Origin: an uncultured virus (IMG/VR IMGVR_UViG_3300042349_000638)
Lineage: Duplodnaviria > Heunggongvirae > Uroviricota > Caudoviricetes
DNA length: 64,000 nucleotides
IMG/VR virus record: IMGVR_UViG_3300042349_000638
Direction: 5' to 3' (one strand)
Within the stretch, counting starts at the first letter, position 1, and the number at the start of each line of letters is the position of its first letter. Shown here one piece after another: positions 31,613-43,428 of this stretch. The translations under genes were made by a program, and so were the position numbers. The notes under the pieces were generated by a model, which saw only the letters and a list, made by a program, of their open reading frames with translations, had not been told where the DNA came from and did not search any database.

Positions 31613-32044
31613 TTACTCTATATGATCAGTCATTAATATACCATCAAGATGCTCTATTTCATGTTGAACGATCCTTGCACTTAATCCACTATAAGTCTCA
31701 AAATGAGGTTTTCCTTTTGTATCTCTATACTTTACTACAACCTCTTTGTGTCTTTTAAGATCAATGTATGTTTCTGGAATTGATAAACAACCTTCATTTC
31801 CATATTCAAATTCTTCAGAAATTTTAACAATTTCTGGATTTATCATTACAATTGGAACATCTTCGTGAAGAATAATGATTATACGTTTTAAAATTCCTAC
31901 TTGATTTCCTGCAAGACCTATTCCTCCAGAGGAAAGCATTACTTCAACCATTGATGAACAAATTGTTCTTATACTATCATCAACCTTTGAAATTCTTTTA
32001 GATTTTTGCCTTAGGACTCTCTGATTGCCCGTTAGTATTTCCAT
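31613..32044 (-). CDS. def: Peptide deformylase
   Basis: GGIGLAGNQVG, EGCLS, QHEIEHLDG motifs. Confidence 0.93.
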   Translation of the reverse strand: MEILTGNQRVLRQKSKRISKVDDSIRTICSSMVEVMLSSGGIGLAGNQVGILKRIIIILHEDVPIVMINPEIVKISEEFEYGNEGCLSIPETYIDLKRHKEVVVKYRDTKGKPHFETYSGLSARIVQHEIEHLDGILMTDHIE

Positions 32045-32137
32045 ATGTCTGATGCAAATTTTTAAGAGCCTCCAAAACTTCTGGAGTCTCTTCCCATTCA
32101 TATGTATCCCCAGATTTAGTTACATAAGTTCTTGTTG

Positions 32138-33166
32138 TCATAATTCAATCCACCTATCGTTTTTAAGAGTCCAGTTTACAACTTCTGAAATGCGTTCTTT
32201 AACTGATTTTTTAGGAACCCACCCCATAACTTTCATTTTATCACCATCAAGTGCATAACGCAAATCATGACCAGGACGTGAAGAATGAAAATCTACAAAT
32301 TGATACTTAAGTTCTTTATCTTGAACTTCAGCAATAATACGCGCAAGTTCAAGATTATTAAGTTCCTCAGATCCAACAATATTAAACTTGGGGCACTTTG
32401 CACCTCCCCAAACATTTTGTGTAATTTCAGTTTTGTTTATTAGAAACATAATAGCAGACGCAACATCCTCTGCATGAATATAATGCCTTGATCCAGGTAC
32501 TGTTTTTGTAGAGTCGCTATGAATAGTGACAACTTCACCATCACGCACCTTACGAATACACATTGGAATATATTTTTCAGGATGTTGTCTCTGCCCAAAT
32601 ACATTCATTGTATGGGTAATATAGACGGGTAGATTATATGTGTTGTGATACGCTACTGCTAATTCTTCTCCACCTGCTTTTGTTGCACTATAAGGATTTG
32701 TTGAATTGTACCTATCATTTTCTTCAAACTTAATACCATCTGGTGCTGGTCCAAATACTTCATCAGTACTGAAATATACAAATCTCTCAAGATTGTCTTG
32801 AGTTCTTGCATATTCAAGAATATTGCAGGTTCCCACAACATTATCAAGAACAAACTCCATAGGATAAAGAATGCTGCGATCAACATGAGATCCTGCGGCA
32901 AGATGAAGAATGTAATTAACTTCTCCAATATTTGCTTTTACCAGTGGATTGATTTCTGCTTTCAGATCATGAAAGACAATCTTTACCCGTTTACGTGTTT
33001 CTTCATCATGATTCGTCATAAGCAAATCATGAAGCCTGTTTAGATTTCCACTATAATCCAAACGATCAAGACTAACAACTTCCCAATCAGTAAGTTTTAG
33101 AATCTGACCAATAAGATGATGGGCAATAAAACCAGCACCGCCAGTTACCAATACACGTTTACTCAT
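32138..33166 (-). CDS. NAD-dependent epimerase/dehydratase (dTDP-glucose 4,6-dehydratase-like), copy 2
   Basis: Same motifs and length (342 aa) as 23181-24209. Confidence 0.92.
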   Translation of the reverse strand: MSKRVLVTGGAGFIAHHLIGQILKLTDWEVVSLDRLDYSGNLNRLHDLLMTNHDEETRKRVKIVFHDLKAEINPLVKANIGEVNYILHLAAGSHVDRSILYPMEFVLDNVVGTCNILEYARTQDNLERFVYFSTDEVFGPAPDGIKFEENDRYNSTNPYSATKAGGEELAVAYHNTYNLPVYITHTMNVFGQRQHPEKYIPMCIRKVRDGEVVTIHSDSTKTVPGSRHYIHAEDVASAIMFLINKTEITQNVWGGAKCPKFNIVGSEELNNLELARIIAEVQDKELKYQFVDFHSSRPGHDLRYALDGDKMKVMGWVPKKSVKERISEVVNWTLKNDRWIEL

Positions 33167-35465
33167 AGTTTTCCTCCAACTTTCCCCTCATAAGTTTTGG
33201 ATTCAGAGAAACCTTCCTGCCGCCCTTTAAGGTAAAAACGGGTTGCTGAAATACATTGCTCTTTAGTGAGAGATGTGATAAGTCCCTTCCCATCAGTGTC
33301 AACCGAGTACCAAAGTCCATACTTTTTTTGTTCAATATAAAAGCAATTGTCAATCAGTTCTCCTTTTTGTTTTAAATCTTCGGATCCCAATTGCTCCAGT
33401 TCCTTTGAGTTTTCTTGCGTAGTTGTCTCGGTAGTCATCGTATGGAAAATATGCGTTGTGTTGTAGTTTTTTCTTTCCGTCCTTTATAAACCATTCTAAG
33501 GCATATGGGAAAGTTTCATGAAAAGGTTTTACTTCAAGATTTTGATCACTGACCCTTTTGTTAATCATTTTTGCCTTCCGTGAATTGAACACTCGACGTC
33601 AATCCATTTTTTATCATCGGGCATTTCTTCATTATCAAGAATAGGGCAGATACATCCTGCTTCTCTTGCCTCAATAGATCCAGGAATAAGACCATTCCAT
33701 GCTTTAGCGGGTTCATTAGTAGTGACTTTCATCATACCCTGATCCCACATATCTTTGTTGGAGATGTCCTCTTCCCAGTAATCATAACCACGCTTTACTT
33801 TTTCAGTGATGGGTTCCTGATCAGGAGTGGTCATATAATATTCTGCTTCACGCAGATTATACTCATGACACTTTTGCTTTTCTTCGTCAGATGCCGCTTT
33901 GTCGCACATTGCATCCATTTCAGCGTCAGTATATTTCAGTGCTTCTATATCACTATGTCCTAATGAAGGCATGGTATCATTTGCCCTTTTTTCATTTTCA
34001 AGAGATACCAGTTTATGATAAACTGCCCAATATCTTTCTTCCCAATGTGGATTATTTTTTTCAATCCATTCATTATCCAACTTTTTACGATCTTCAATGA
34101 TGTCAGGAAGTTGTTCTGACATAATCAGTTCATATTCTTCAGCAACTTCACGCATGGTTTTCTCATCATTCATTTCATTGAATGCGAGATTACAGGCACC
34201 CTGCATAATGTTCTTTTCACTGAAACCAACAGACATCAAGAACTTTCTGAACAGTCCAAAATACTGATGATAATTCATCTCAATGTTAGGTGTCTGAATG
34301 ACAATACTCTCATCATCAAGAAGTTCTGGAAATGAATTTTTGCTATAGTAAGGAGGAACACCCTTACTAAAGTATTCAAATTTGATGTAACCTTCAGTTG
34401 CCATTGCGAAGTTCATCCAAAGTTATGTTAGTATCATAGCACCAGTTCCAGTGCCGCGCAAGCAGGTCAAGACAGAATCCAAACCGCCACAGGGTCATAA
34501 GAAAACTAAAGATTCTACCATTCCCTGACGTAATTTGTACATATGGCCAACCACCATATTCATTATAATCAAAGGACACTTGAAGGAGAGAGTACTCTCC
34601 AAGTGTCAGAAATGAAAAATAAATCTCATGTCCAAAATCATATCTTTTATTAAATTGAAATAGTTTCATCGTCCTGTCACATCTTCATAATCTTTTAGCA
34701 CACCATTTCTAAAATGTAGATTTAAACGTGGCCAATCTTCCCATTTACCCTTCCAATTTTCGGGATATACCTCAACATATTTGGTAATATGATGTGGTAC
34801 ATATTTACCATGCTCACCTGTTGGAATCCATTCAAAGTTTAAAAACTTTCTATCATGATTATAACGAGGATCATTTTCCCTAATGATCTCAAAAGTATTT
34901 GTGCCAGTATAATTTGGATACCACAATTGGCCACTGGGATCTAACCAGTAGTGAGTCATTGTTCCTCCAATACAATCTTCAATATCTTTGGTTTGACACA
35001 CTACATTTGTAAACTGTTCTCCAAGATTGTATGAAGATCTAAAATAGTCGAACATTCCCATCAGTCTTCGCCCTCCAATCCCAAGTAATCATCTAATGAT
35101 AATTCTACATCATCAGTGAGATCTTGCAAACGTTTCATGAAGTCTTCATCAATTGGAATTAATTTTTCTTTACCAGTTTCAACATCATATGCTAACTGCA
35201 TCAGATATTCAAGAAACTCTTTAGGGTAACATTCATCCTCTCCAAGAGATACCCAGAACCACTCATAACATTCTTCGAATGGATCATCAGTATGTATCAA
35301 AGAATAATCGGAATAATTATCCGTCATCAGATCGCACCAAATACGGAAAGATCCTCGAATATTTTGCCATCCAGTCATCCAACAATGACCAATCCAATAT
35401 TCCCACCAGTTTAACTTGGTAGATAATTTTTTATCTGTAGACAAAACTGCTTTAGAGTGAATCAT
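33163..35465 (-). other. Run of hypothetical ORFs (33163-33438, 33350-33592, 33565-34416, 34394-34669, 34666-35061, 35061-35465)
   Basis: ORF track; coupled; MGMFDY family at 34666. Confidence 0.7.
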
Positions 35466-35468
35466 GAT

Positions 35469-37197
35469 TTAGGTACTTTTTATTTCTTCCTTTATGTATA
35501 TTTTGGACGGTTCATCATTCCAATGTCTTACTGCGTTAGCAACAATAGCAACATTAGTAATAAGATAAGTGAAGAATATAAAAGTTCGTACAATAGCAAT
35601 TATATCTGCTTCTCTATCACATTTAGACCCCTTTTCCCCAAGTGCCTTTGCCCAAATTCTCCATATTGTTTTATTTTTTTTCTTTTTCATCTCTTTGCTT
35701 CGGTTTAGAACACTCCAAACAAACTGTAGAATATCCAGATTTGAATGATTTTACTGTTTGAAAATTATCAGAGTCTAAAGGTTTTTCTTCCTTGCAAAAC
35801 TGACAAGTATATTTACTTGGGACAGATAATAATATCTTTTGCCCCATTATTTTTAATGTAAGATTCCCAAAAAATTGCATCATCTAATTTCAGAAACGTT
35901 GCTACTTGTTTAGAAAAACCTTTTTTCTTAGGTTGAAGGTAACGGACTTCAAAGATCATTTTTCACTATCCTTAAGAACTTGAATTTTAGAATAATCAGA
36001 AGGGTACACTATAACAAGTGGAGGTTGTCTTCCCTGTGCAGGAGTAAGAGAAATTACAACATATGAGGAGCAAATAAATTTAATTGTCCCATATAATCCT
36101 TTATAGGAAACTTCTGATTTTTCAGCAAACATTTTTAAAGTAAGGAATAAACAACCATTCTTCAGGTTCTTCAGAATCAATTACAAACTCTTCAAAAAGA
36201 GAGTGTGCATCGTCAAAAAGTTCTTCTTCAACAAGAACTTCTAAACGATGACAATAATTTTCTTCAATCAGATAGATTGTATAATCTTTATCTGTACTAA
36301 GATGCATAAAGAAGAGTCTCCAGAGGATTTTGATTGAGAGGCATTGCAGTATATGCCCTCGTGTTTTCAATGTTTACTTTGCTACCAACCTTTGATGAAT
36401 TAATTGGTGCGTAGTATTCTTTTTTCTTTGGACTATAAAATCCCCAGATTGTTTTTGTCAGTTTCCCATTATTATAATCAAATTTTCTATGACACATTAA
36501 CCAGATTGAAATCAATCTTGTATTGTATTGCTCATAGATGTATGAGTATCCTTCTGGAGGATTGTGGGGAAAATCAATCATCAGAAACTGCACGAATACG
36601 ATCAGGACTGCAACCTTGACCCAAAAAACTTTCCAATTTTTGTACAGTTTCAGATTTAGTTAGTTTACAAGCGTCATGCTCAATAAGTTCCCAACCAGTT
36701 GTTCCCAACTCTTCAATGCGATACAGTTTTTCCATAGTTATCAAGTTGTAAATGCATCAACAATACCACATTCCTCATCATTATTCGCAAGTTCAAACCG
36801 TTGAGCAGTTGCAACCTTAGGGGCAATTAGATGCTTATATTTTTCCGCATCAATCTCCCCAAACTCGGAAGATGCTTGAGAAAGGATGTCAAAACACTCA
36901 TCGTCATCATGGGCAACTACAGAAATAGTCCCACCATACTCAGATGCAGGAAAAGGAACCCAGTAGTCAATAAGATAAAGAAATTTCATTGTAGTAAGTG
37001 ATACCTCCGTAATTGGTAGTTATGTAGTTAGTATAGTATGTTCAGGACTTTTTGTAAAGAGAAAGTTGCCTCTCGATCTCATATTTAATGGGAATGAGAT
37101 GAGAAACAAAATACTTTTCCCATTCATTGCCTGCCATCAAACTGACAATATTATCCACTTGCATATTCGCAAGGATCAGTTTTGTTTGATCATTCAT
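35469..37197 (-). other. Block of small hypothetical ORFs, copy A-prime
   Basis: 35469-35690, 35956-36180, 36297-36593, 36574-36735, 36741-36989, 37042-37197 match the order and motifs of 10916-12233. Confidence 0.75.
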
Positions 37198-37607
37198 ACG
37201 GCAAGGGCAGCAGAGGGAATTTCAACGATTTCGGGGAGTTTGGCATCGTCAAACTGATTCATATTGTAGCAAACCCATTCGCCATTACGGAACACATAAG
37301 CATACTCTTCACTGTTATCAGGAAGAAGATACTCACACAGGTCAGCATCAAGACGGGGAGGGCAATTATCACCACGCTGAGAGTAGTATTCGGGACCATA
37401 CTCTTCATTAAGTTTAGTATCCCAACGAGAAGTAGTCCAAGGAGAACTCATATCTCCACCATCAATCAGTTCAGCAACTTTCTCTTTGGTGTTGTAATGG
37501 GTACGAAGAATGCGACCCATCCATTCAGGATAACCATCCCAGTGAGAATATGCAGACAGAATGGAACCATCAGAAAGTTCAATACCGATGCGGGAGCGGG
37601 TTGCCAT
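37194..37607 (-). CDS. Conserved phage protein (MATRSRIG...HWDGYP family), copy 2
   Basis: ORF track; promoter cassette 37669. Confidence 0.8.
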   Translation of the reverse strand: MATRSRIGIELSDGSILSAYSHWDGYPEWMGRILRTHYNTKEKVAELIDGGDMSSPWTTSRWDTKLNEEYGPEYYSQRGDNCPPRLDADLCEYLLPDNSEEYAYVFRNGEWVCYNMNQFDDAKLPEIVEIPSAALAV

Positions 37608-37858
37608 GAAGCGTTTTGTTGATTACCTTTATATTATAAGGGGTCCCCTAGAGAACCAGGAGACCCAGTGGACAGTTTTTAGAGTGTCTGCTAAGCATTC
37701 ATTACTTTTTCATACAAGGAATCTAAAATATCTGTATCATGCTCAATAAACAAACCTTTTTCATCAATATCAATCATAATTTGCTGAAGAAGAACAATTT
37801 CTTCGTAAGACAAGTTAGTAATCATGAGATTTGCTTTCATTTTTTTCCAATAAAATCT

Positions 37859-40800
37859 TTACATCATACCATAAATTGCCAATGCGACTAGAAGAGCAAT
37901 TATGGGAAGTGCAATATACCAGTATTGAACAATTAGACCTATTCCAAAAAGAATCAAAAGAATCCAAACAAAAGGTCCAAGATCAAAAGAACTCCCACCA
38001 GAAGATCCAGATCCCCTAACTTCTCTCAAGTTTATAATTTGTTCAGCACCATATATGCGTTGCAGTTGTTGCTTTGCTCCACCAATAGTTGCAGCATCAA
38101 CTTCACATTCTTGGTATCCAGCTTGGGATCCCAACCAACATTTTGCAACCCAACGTGCCATGACTGTTTTGAAACTTTTTAATATTATACACAAAAAAAA
38201 GAAGGTTGTCACCCTAATGTGACAGTTCTAAAACTGTCACTGTCCTTTTTCTTTAAGACTTCTAACAAAATATTCAGTAAATTGCTCCATTTTATCTGGA
38301 GACACTGATTGTGGAAGTTCATTAATTGCTTGCCTCAGTGCATTCATTTCCGACCATTCTGAATCAGAAAGTCTATTCAGTTTTCTTTCAGAGTAAGTCA
38401 TAGTGATGCTCCTGTATATGTGAGCGTATCCTAACAGTATTTACCACGAAAACTAGATTGCTTAATATTGTTTTTAGACTGTTGTAACATTTCTTTACTT
38501 ATCAAAGAATGATCCAAATGATCCACTATCGCCAAACTTCCTATTCTCCAATTTATCAAGAAGAGAATCAGTAGTCTGTAAGGATTCAATACGACTGATA
38601 AGATCAGCAATGACGCTACAGACCATAGGGCGTTCTTGTCTTGCAGCATACGCAAGTGCATTGCGAAGACTTGCTTCTGCTTCTTTTAACGATTCTTCAA
38701 CTTGCGATCCCAGAGCCATCTAATTCATCCTCAATTAACATACAATTTACGCATGATTGTAATTCTAACATATCTTCTTTAGAAAGTCCATCAATAGTTG
38801 TTGTATGAAAGTTATTATATGAAATTGTTATGCTATAAAATTCACCATCAAAACTTCCGCACGTTTGTATTTTGGTCTTTTTCATTAGATATCCAGTCTT
38901 CTGGGTTTGCTTCTATATTATTAGATTTTACATATTCTTCAGTATAATCTCCATCATACGGATAAGAAAGACTATCATTTGGCAAGTTCAACTTTGAAAT
39001 TAAAATATCTATTCTCGAATCTAAAGAATTTTCAAGCCTATAAAGTTCATTGCACAATGAAATATTTTCATCTTCTAATTTTAGAACTCTAAGTTTAAGA
39101 TCGCAAATTTGATCATAAAGGGAAGACATTTCAAGTTCATACTCATGATCATATCTAACATAATCATTCAGTAGTGAATTAAACCATCGCTTGATTTTTT
39201 TCATTATGTACGCTTTTATAATATTTTTGATATGCAAAGAACCTAGTTAAAGATACTGGAATTTCTAGGCTTTCACAACACCTAATGTAAGAAATAAATT
39301 CAAACCATGGTGAGGTTGGATCAGTATCAGACATTTATTTTCTCATGTCTTTTTCAAGTTCTCTTAACATTTTAGCATGTTCAATCTTTCTAATCAAGTT
39401 AGTAATTGGATTTCTTGGATGAAATTTAACTAACCAATAAAATCTATTAATATTTAAAATCAATATCTTTCTTTGCAAATCAATATATTCCGCAACATTA
39501 GGGTCTACAATTATCATGTAGCATATAACTGCGAATACAGTTAAGAGAATATAATAGTACATAAATTATTTTTCATCTCTCTTTTCTATAAGATGATTTA
39601 TAATATAATTTTTAATATCTTCTAATTCACTTTCGCATTCCATTTCCTTTGCAAGGAAGCGAATATCTGTATGTTTTTTATGAAGATCCTCAATCATTAG
39701 ATCAAGAGCCTGAATTTCTTTTTGATTCATTATTAGAATCCTTTATCGTTATTGGACAAGATGGAACTACCTTTTTCAACTCATTGATAATTTCATACTT
39801 TTGTTGCAGAGAGAGTCCATTAAATTGACTAAACAATTTATGTCCAATTTCTTTAAATTGAGTGCATGATATAATGGTTGCTAAAAACAATGATCCCATG
39901 TCTTCATGGCTTTGTTTGGTCTTATTTATATCTCAAATGATTATTTCTTTCTATCTTCTACTGTAATATACTTTAAATATTTTTCTTTATCGCAGTTATC
40001 AAACCAATAATCCTGAACATCTTCCCAATGTTCAAATTTCATGGATTTTTTATTAAAAAAATGAACCTTATAATAGTGTCTAATGTAAGGTTCTGCGGAA
40101 GTGCAATTAAATCTTTGCGTCATTGATTAAACCTTTTAATTCAACACTACTATTAACCTTATCCAGATGAGTTTCTATTTTTTCATTTAAAATATCCTCA
40201 ATGTCAATATAGACACTCTTTGCGGATAATCCAGCGTCAAAGTAACTTTCAATTGCCTCAGCAAGATACCTCCTGCGAGTCCACTCTGCCGAATATGGTT
40301 TGTAGTGAGCCATGATGTGATGTTTATGTTGTTTGAGTATAGGGTATCTATTCCTGTTTGTCAAGAGATTCCAAATAGTCAACCCACCACTGAGGATCTT
40401 TATTCATTTTCCAGTTTGGAACTTCCAATCCTTTTTCGAAATAATATTTCCAGAGAGTTTCATCTATAATCTGAGCGACTTCCATACTCTTCATCCTCTT
40501 CATCAAGATCCTCATATGGGTTTTCCAAGTATGGTCCATGTGGTCGTTTGGAATCTTTTCTGACATAATCGATTTCTGTTAGACTAGAAGACAACCATAC
40601 CGATACTTTCATAATAACATAAATTATGGCCAGAGGTAAGAAGCATAATGATAGTATTAAAGCGTGTTTCATTCTCCAATTTCCCAGCACTTTTCAAGTT
40701 TATATCTCGACTCATTAGTTTTCATCTCTTCCCAATAAGTTAAAAGATGTTGCCCTAATTCTTTTTCTTCGTCAGTAAAATCAAGATCATACTTATTTTT

Positions 40801-41679
40801 AATTGAGACAAGTTTACAAAGATCATCAACAACCGATGTAGGAAGATCAAGAAACTCTTCGTATGTCATCAGTCTCTTTGCCTCCAATCATCAGGTTTAT
40901 CTCTTCCGTCACTGAAAAAATCTACAATATCATCAACACTATTAAATCCCCTTAGACCAAATCTTTCATTACCAAGACCACCAATGTCAAGTTGATTTAA
41001 AAAGTCATCCATATCACCATCTTGCATATCTGGATTTTCAGATTTACGTCTCGCTTGACGTAGCATAGTTCCAGCTGATCTATTTGCTTTAGCAAGTTTC
41101 TCTGCCCAAATCATATCCTCTAACCCTACGGATTCATGTAGGACGATCTTTCTACAGATTTCCTCCAATCGCAGGCGATATTGAGTTGATAGCATAATGA
41201 CCCAAATATTTTCTATATTTAGGTCATTATAGCACTTATATTCTATTTTTCAATCTTCCAATGCTCATTTCCAGACTTTTGAATCCAGAAGCAGTATTGT
41301 CTGTTTAGAGAGACCAAAAAGAGTTTATCATTCGTTTCCTGTTCAACTTCACATGAATGAAAGTTATTCATGATGTTAACAAAACGATTCTTTGCTTTTG
41401 AACTCAACGGAGTAACATTTACAAATTTGCGTTTCATTTTTGTCACGGTTTTTGTTGGACTGGATTTAGTGTAGGATGCCATTGATACTATTTAACAAAT
41501 ACTGTGCCAGTTTGGGGAGTGGTTCGGTGCTTTTTAATAAAATTGCGGGCGGAACTGACGGTGCGGCACAGTTGCAACTGCTCCCCATTGAAAATCACGA
41601 TTAATTGGTTTCCATAAGGAACCGCCGCATATCCATCATCTGTGATAAAACCTTCGATGAACTTAGACTGTTTTGCCAT
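37859..41679 (-). other. Run of small hypothetical ORFs
   Basis: ORF track; includes MLSTQYRLRLE family (40869-41195) and small membrane proteins. Confidence 0.65.
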
Positions 41680-41715
41680 AATTTATCTGCATTTATAGGG
41701 GAAAATGGACGATAA

Positions 41716-42958
41716 TCAACGCTTGATCACGGAAACTGCCGCCTCACCGCGCTCAAAAATGGTATCCACCACTGCCTGAACCTTCTTAGCGGTGCTGATC
41801 CCGACCTTGTTGAAAACGGGGACGCACACCAGACCAAAGGATTTGGAATACTGATCCAGGTTGCCAGGTTGGATTGAACCATCACGAAGACCCTTTGCGT
41901 CATCATGATGCAACCTGATCACACGCCCAATAGTCTGACTGATGCCAATGTAATCCATAGAGCGCATGAAGACCACCGCCTCAAGACCAGACACGTTGAT
42001 ACCTTCACTGAGGATACTGTGGTGAAGAACAACAAACTTCTTGTCGTTATCCTTACCCCAAGCACTTAGAGTGTCAAAGAAGACTTCACGGTTGACCTTT
42101 TGACCATCAATCACACCACCAGTCTTAGCACTGATATACATGTAGGAATACCCACGATCAGCAAGTTGCTGACAGAAATCAGACTCAGAGACAAGACTGA
42201 CAATTTGCTTGACTGCCTTAGCACAGATCAGGATCTTACCAACACCATGCTCATCAATGGTTTCCAGCAGATTCTCAGAATCAACCTCAGCAACTTGCAT
42301 ACCCTTAGGAACAAGGGGAAGTTGCTTGACTGCAACCTTAGGAGGAACAATGAAACCACCCTGCACAAGTTCAGGAGCAGGAACTTTACAGATCACTTGA
42401 CCATAGACAGCAGCATCATTCATGCCAGGTTTGAAAACAGTGGCAGAATGCTTAGGAGTAGCAGTGAAGAAATAGCAGCGGTCAGCAGCAGAAGAGAAAT
42501 GCTCGGTGGCAGGGAAGAAATGACGTTGAACAGAGTTATGTGCCTCATCAAAGTAAATGGTATCAACATGAATGTCTGCTGCCTGCAGACGGTTCAGAGA
42601 ATGATAGGTCGTAAAGATCAGTTTGTGAGCAGAAGAATTGCTCTCAACCCACTGACGGATCACATAAGGGCGAGTAGAAGACTCGTGATGAGTCTCGCCA
42701 CTGTGAACGTGGAAAACATGAGCATTGGTAACATGCTCAAGAAACTCACTAGACAGTTGCTCAGCGAGCAGAATGCGCGGAGCAACAACTACAATAGTTT
42801 TAGGAGTCTCGGACTCAAGCAGGCGTAGCGTATCAACAATCATCTTGAGAGTCTTGCCACCGCCAGTGGGCACGATGATCTGACCCTTACGGTGCTGCAG
42901 CATAGCAGCGGTGCCACGTTCTTGATGGGGGCGGAGGAGAGGAATCACAGCGGTCATC
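41716..42958 (-). CDS. Superfamily 2 DEAH-box helicase (type III Res-like)
   Basis: LRPHQ, PTGGGKT, DEAH, TAT, LSEGINV, QTIGRVIR. Confidence 0.92.
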
Positions 42959-43014
42959 AATTCAATAAAGTTATTATACGGCAAAAAGACCCCCCATAGA
43001 GGGTCTATGTGACA

Positions 43015-43428
43015 CTAGAAGAACTGGTCCAGTGTCACCTCAGCAGGTGTTCCGTCAAAGCGGTAATGATAAGTTAGAGCATCTGCTTTTACATAGTGAG
43101 GATGAGTTATTGAAACTCCCAGACGCTCACATAGTTCTTTATGATTATCTTCTTGAAATTCTATCACATAAAGCATGTTATCCAAAACATGCTGTTCATC
43201 ATGATATTGACATAAAAGTTCTTTGAGTCTGATAGAAAAATTGCCAGATCCAGCACAAAGATCCAAAAATTTAGCATTAGGATCTTTTAGTTTATCCAAT
43301 GGAATCTGATCAAGCATATCATTGACAAGATCTGGAGGAGTAAAAACCTCTCCAGTATTGTCAATTCTATCTTTTGTTCTTTCAATATCAGACCCAATGT
43401 TTTTTACCTTAGTTTGCTTTGTTGACAT
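43015..43428 (-). CDS. Methyltransferase SAM-binding half (motifs X, I-III only), copy 2
   Basis: GEVFTP, FLDLCAGSGNF, ADAL; no NPPY; paralog of 18843-19307. Confidence 0.8.
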   Translation of the reverse strand: MSTKQTKVKNIGSDIERTKDRIDNTGEVFTPPDLVNDMLDQIPLDKLKDPNAKFLDLCAGSGNFSIRLKELLCQYHDEQHVLDNMLYVIEFQEDNHKELCERLGVSITHPHYVKADALTYHYRFDGTPAEVTLDQFF

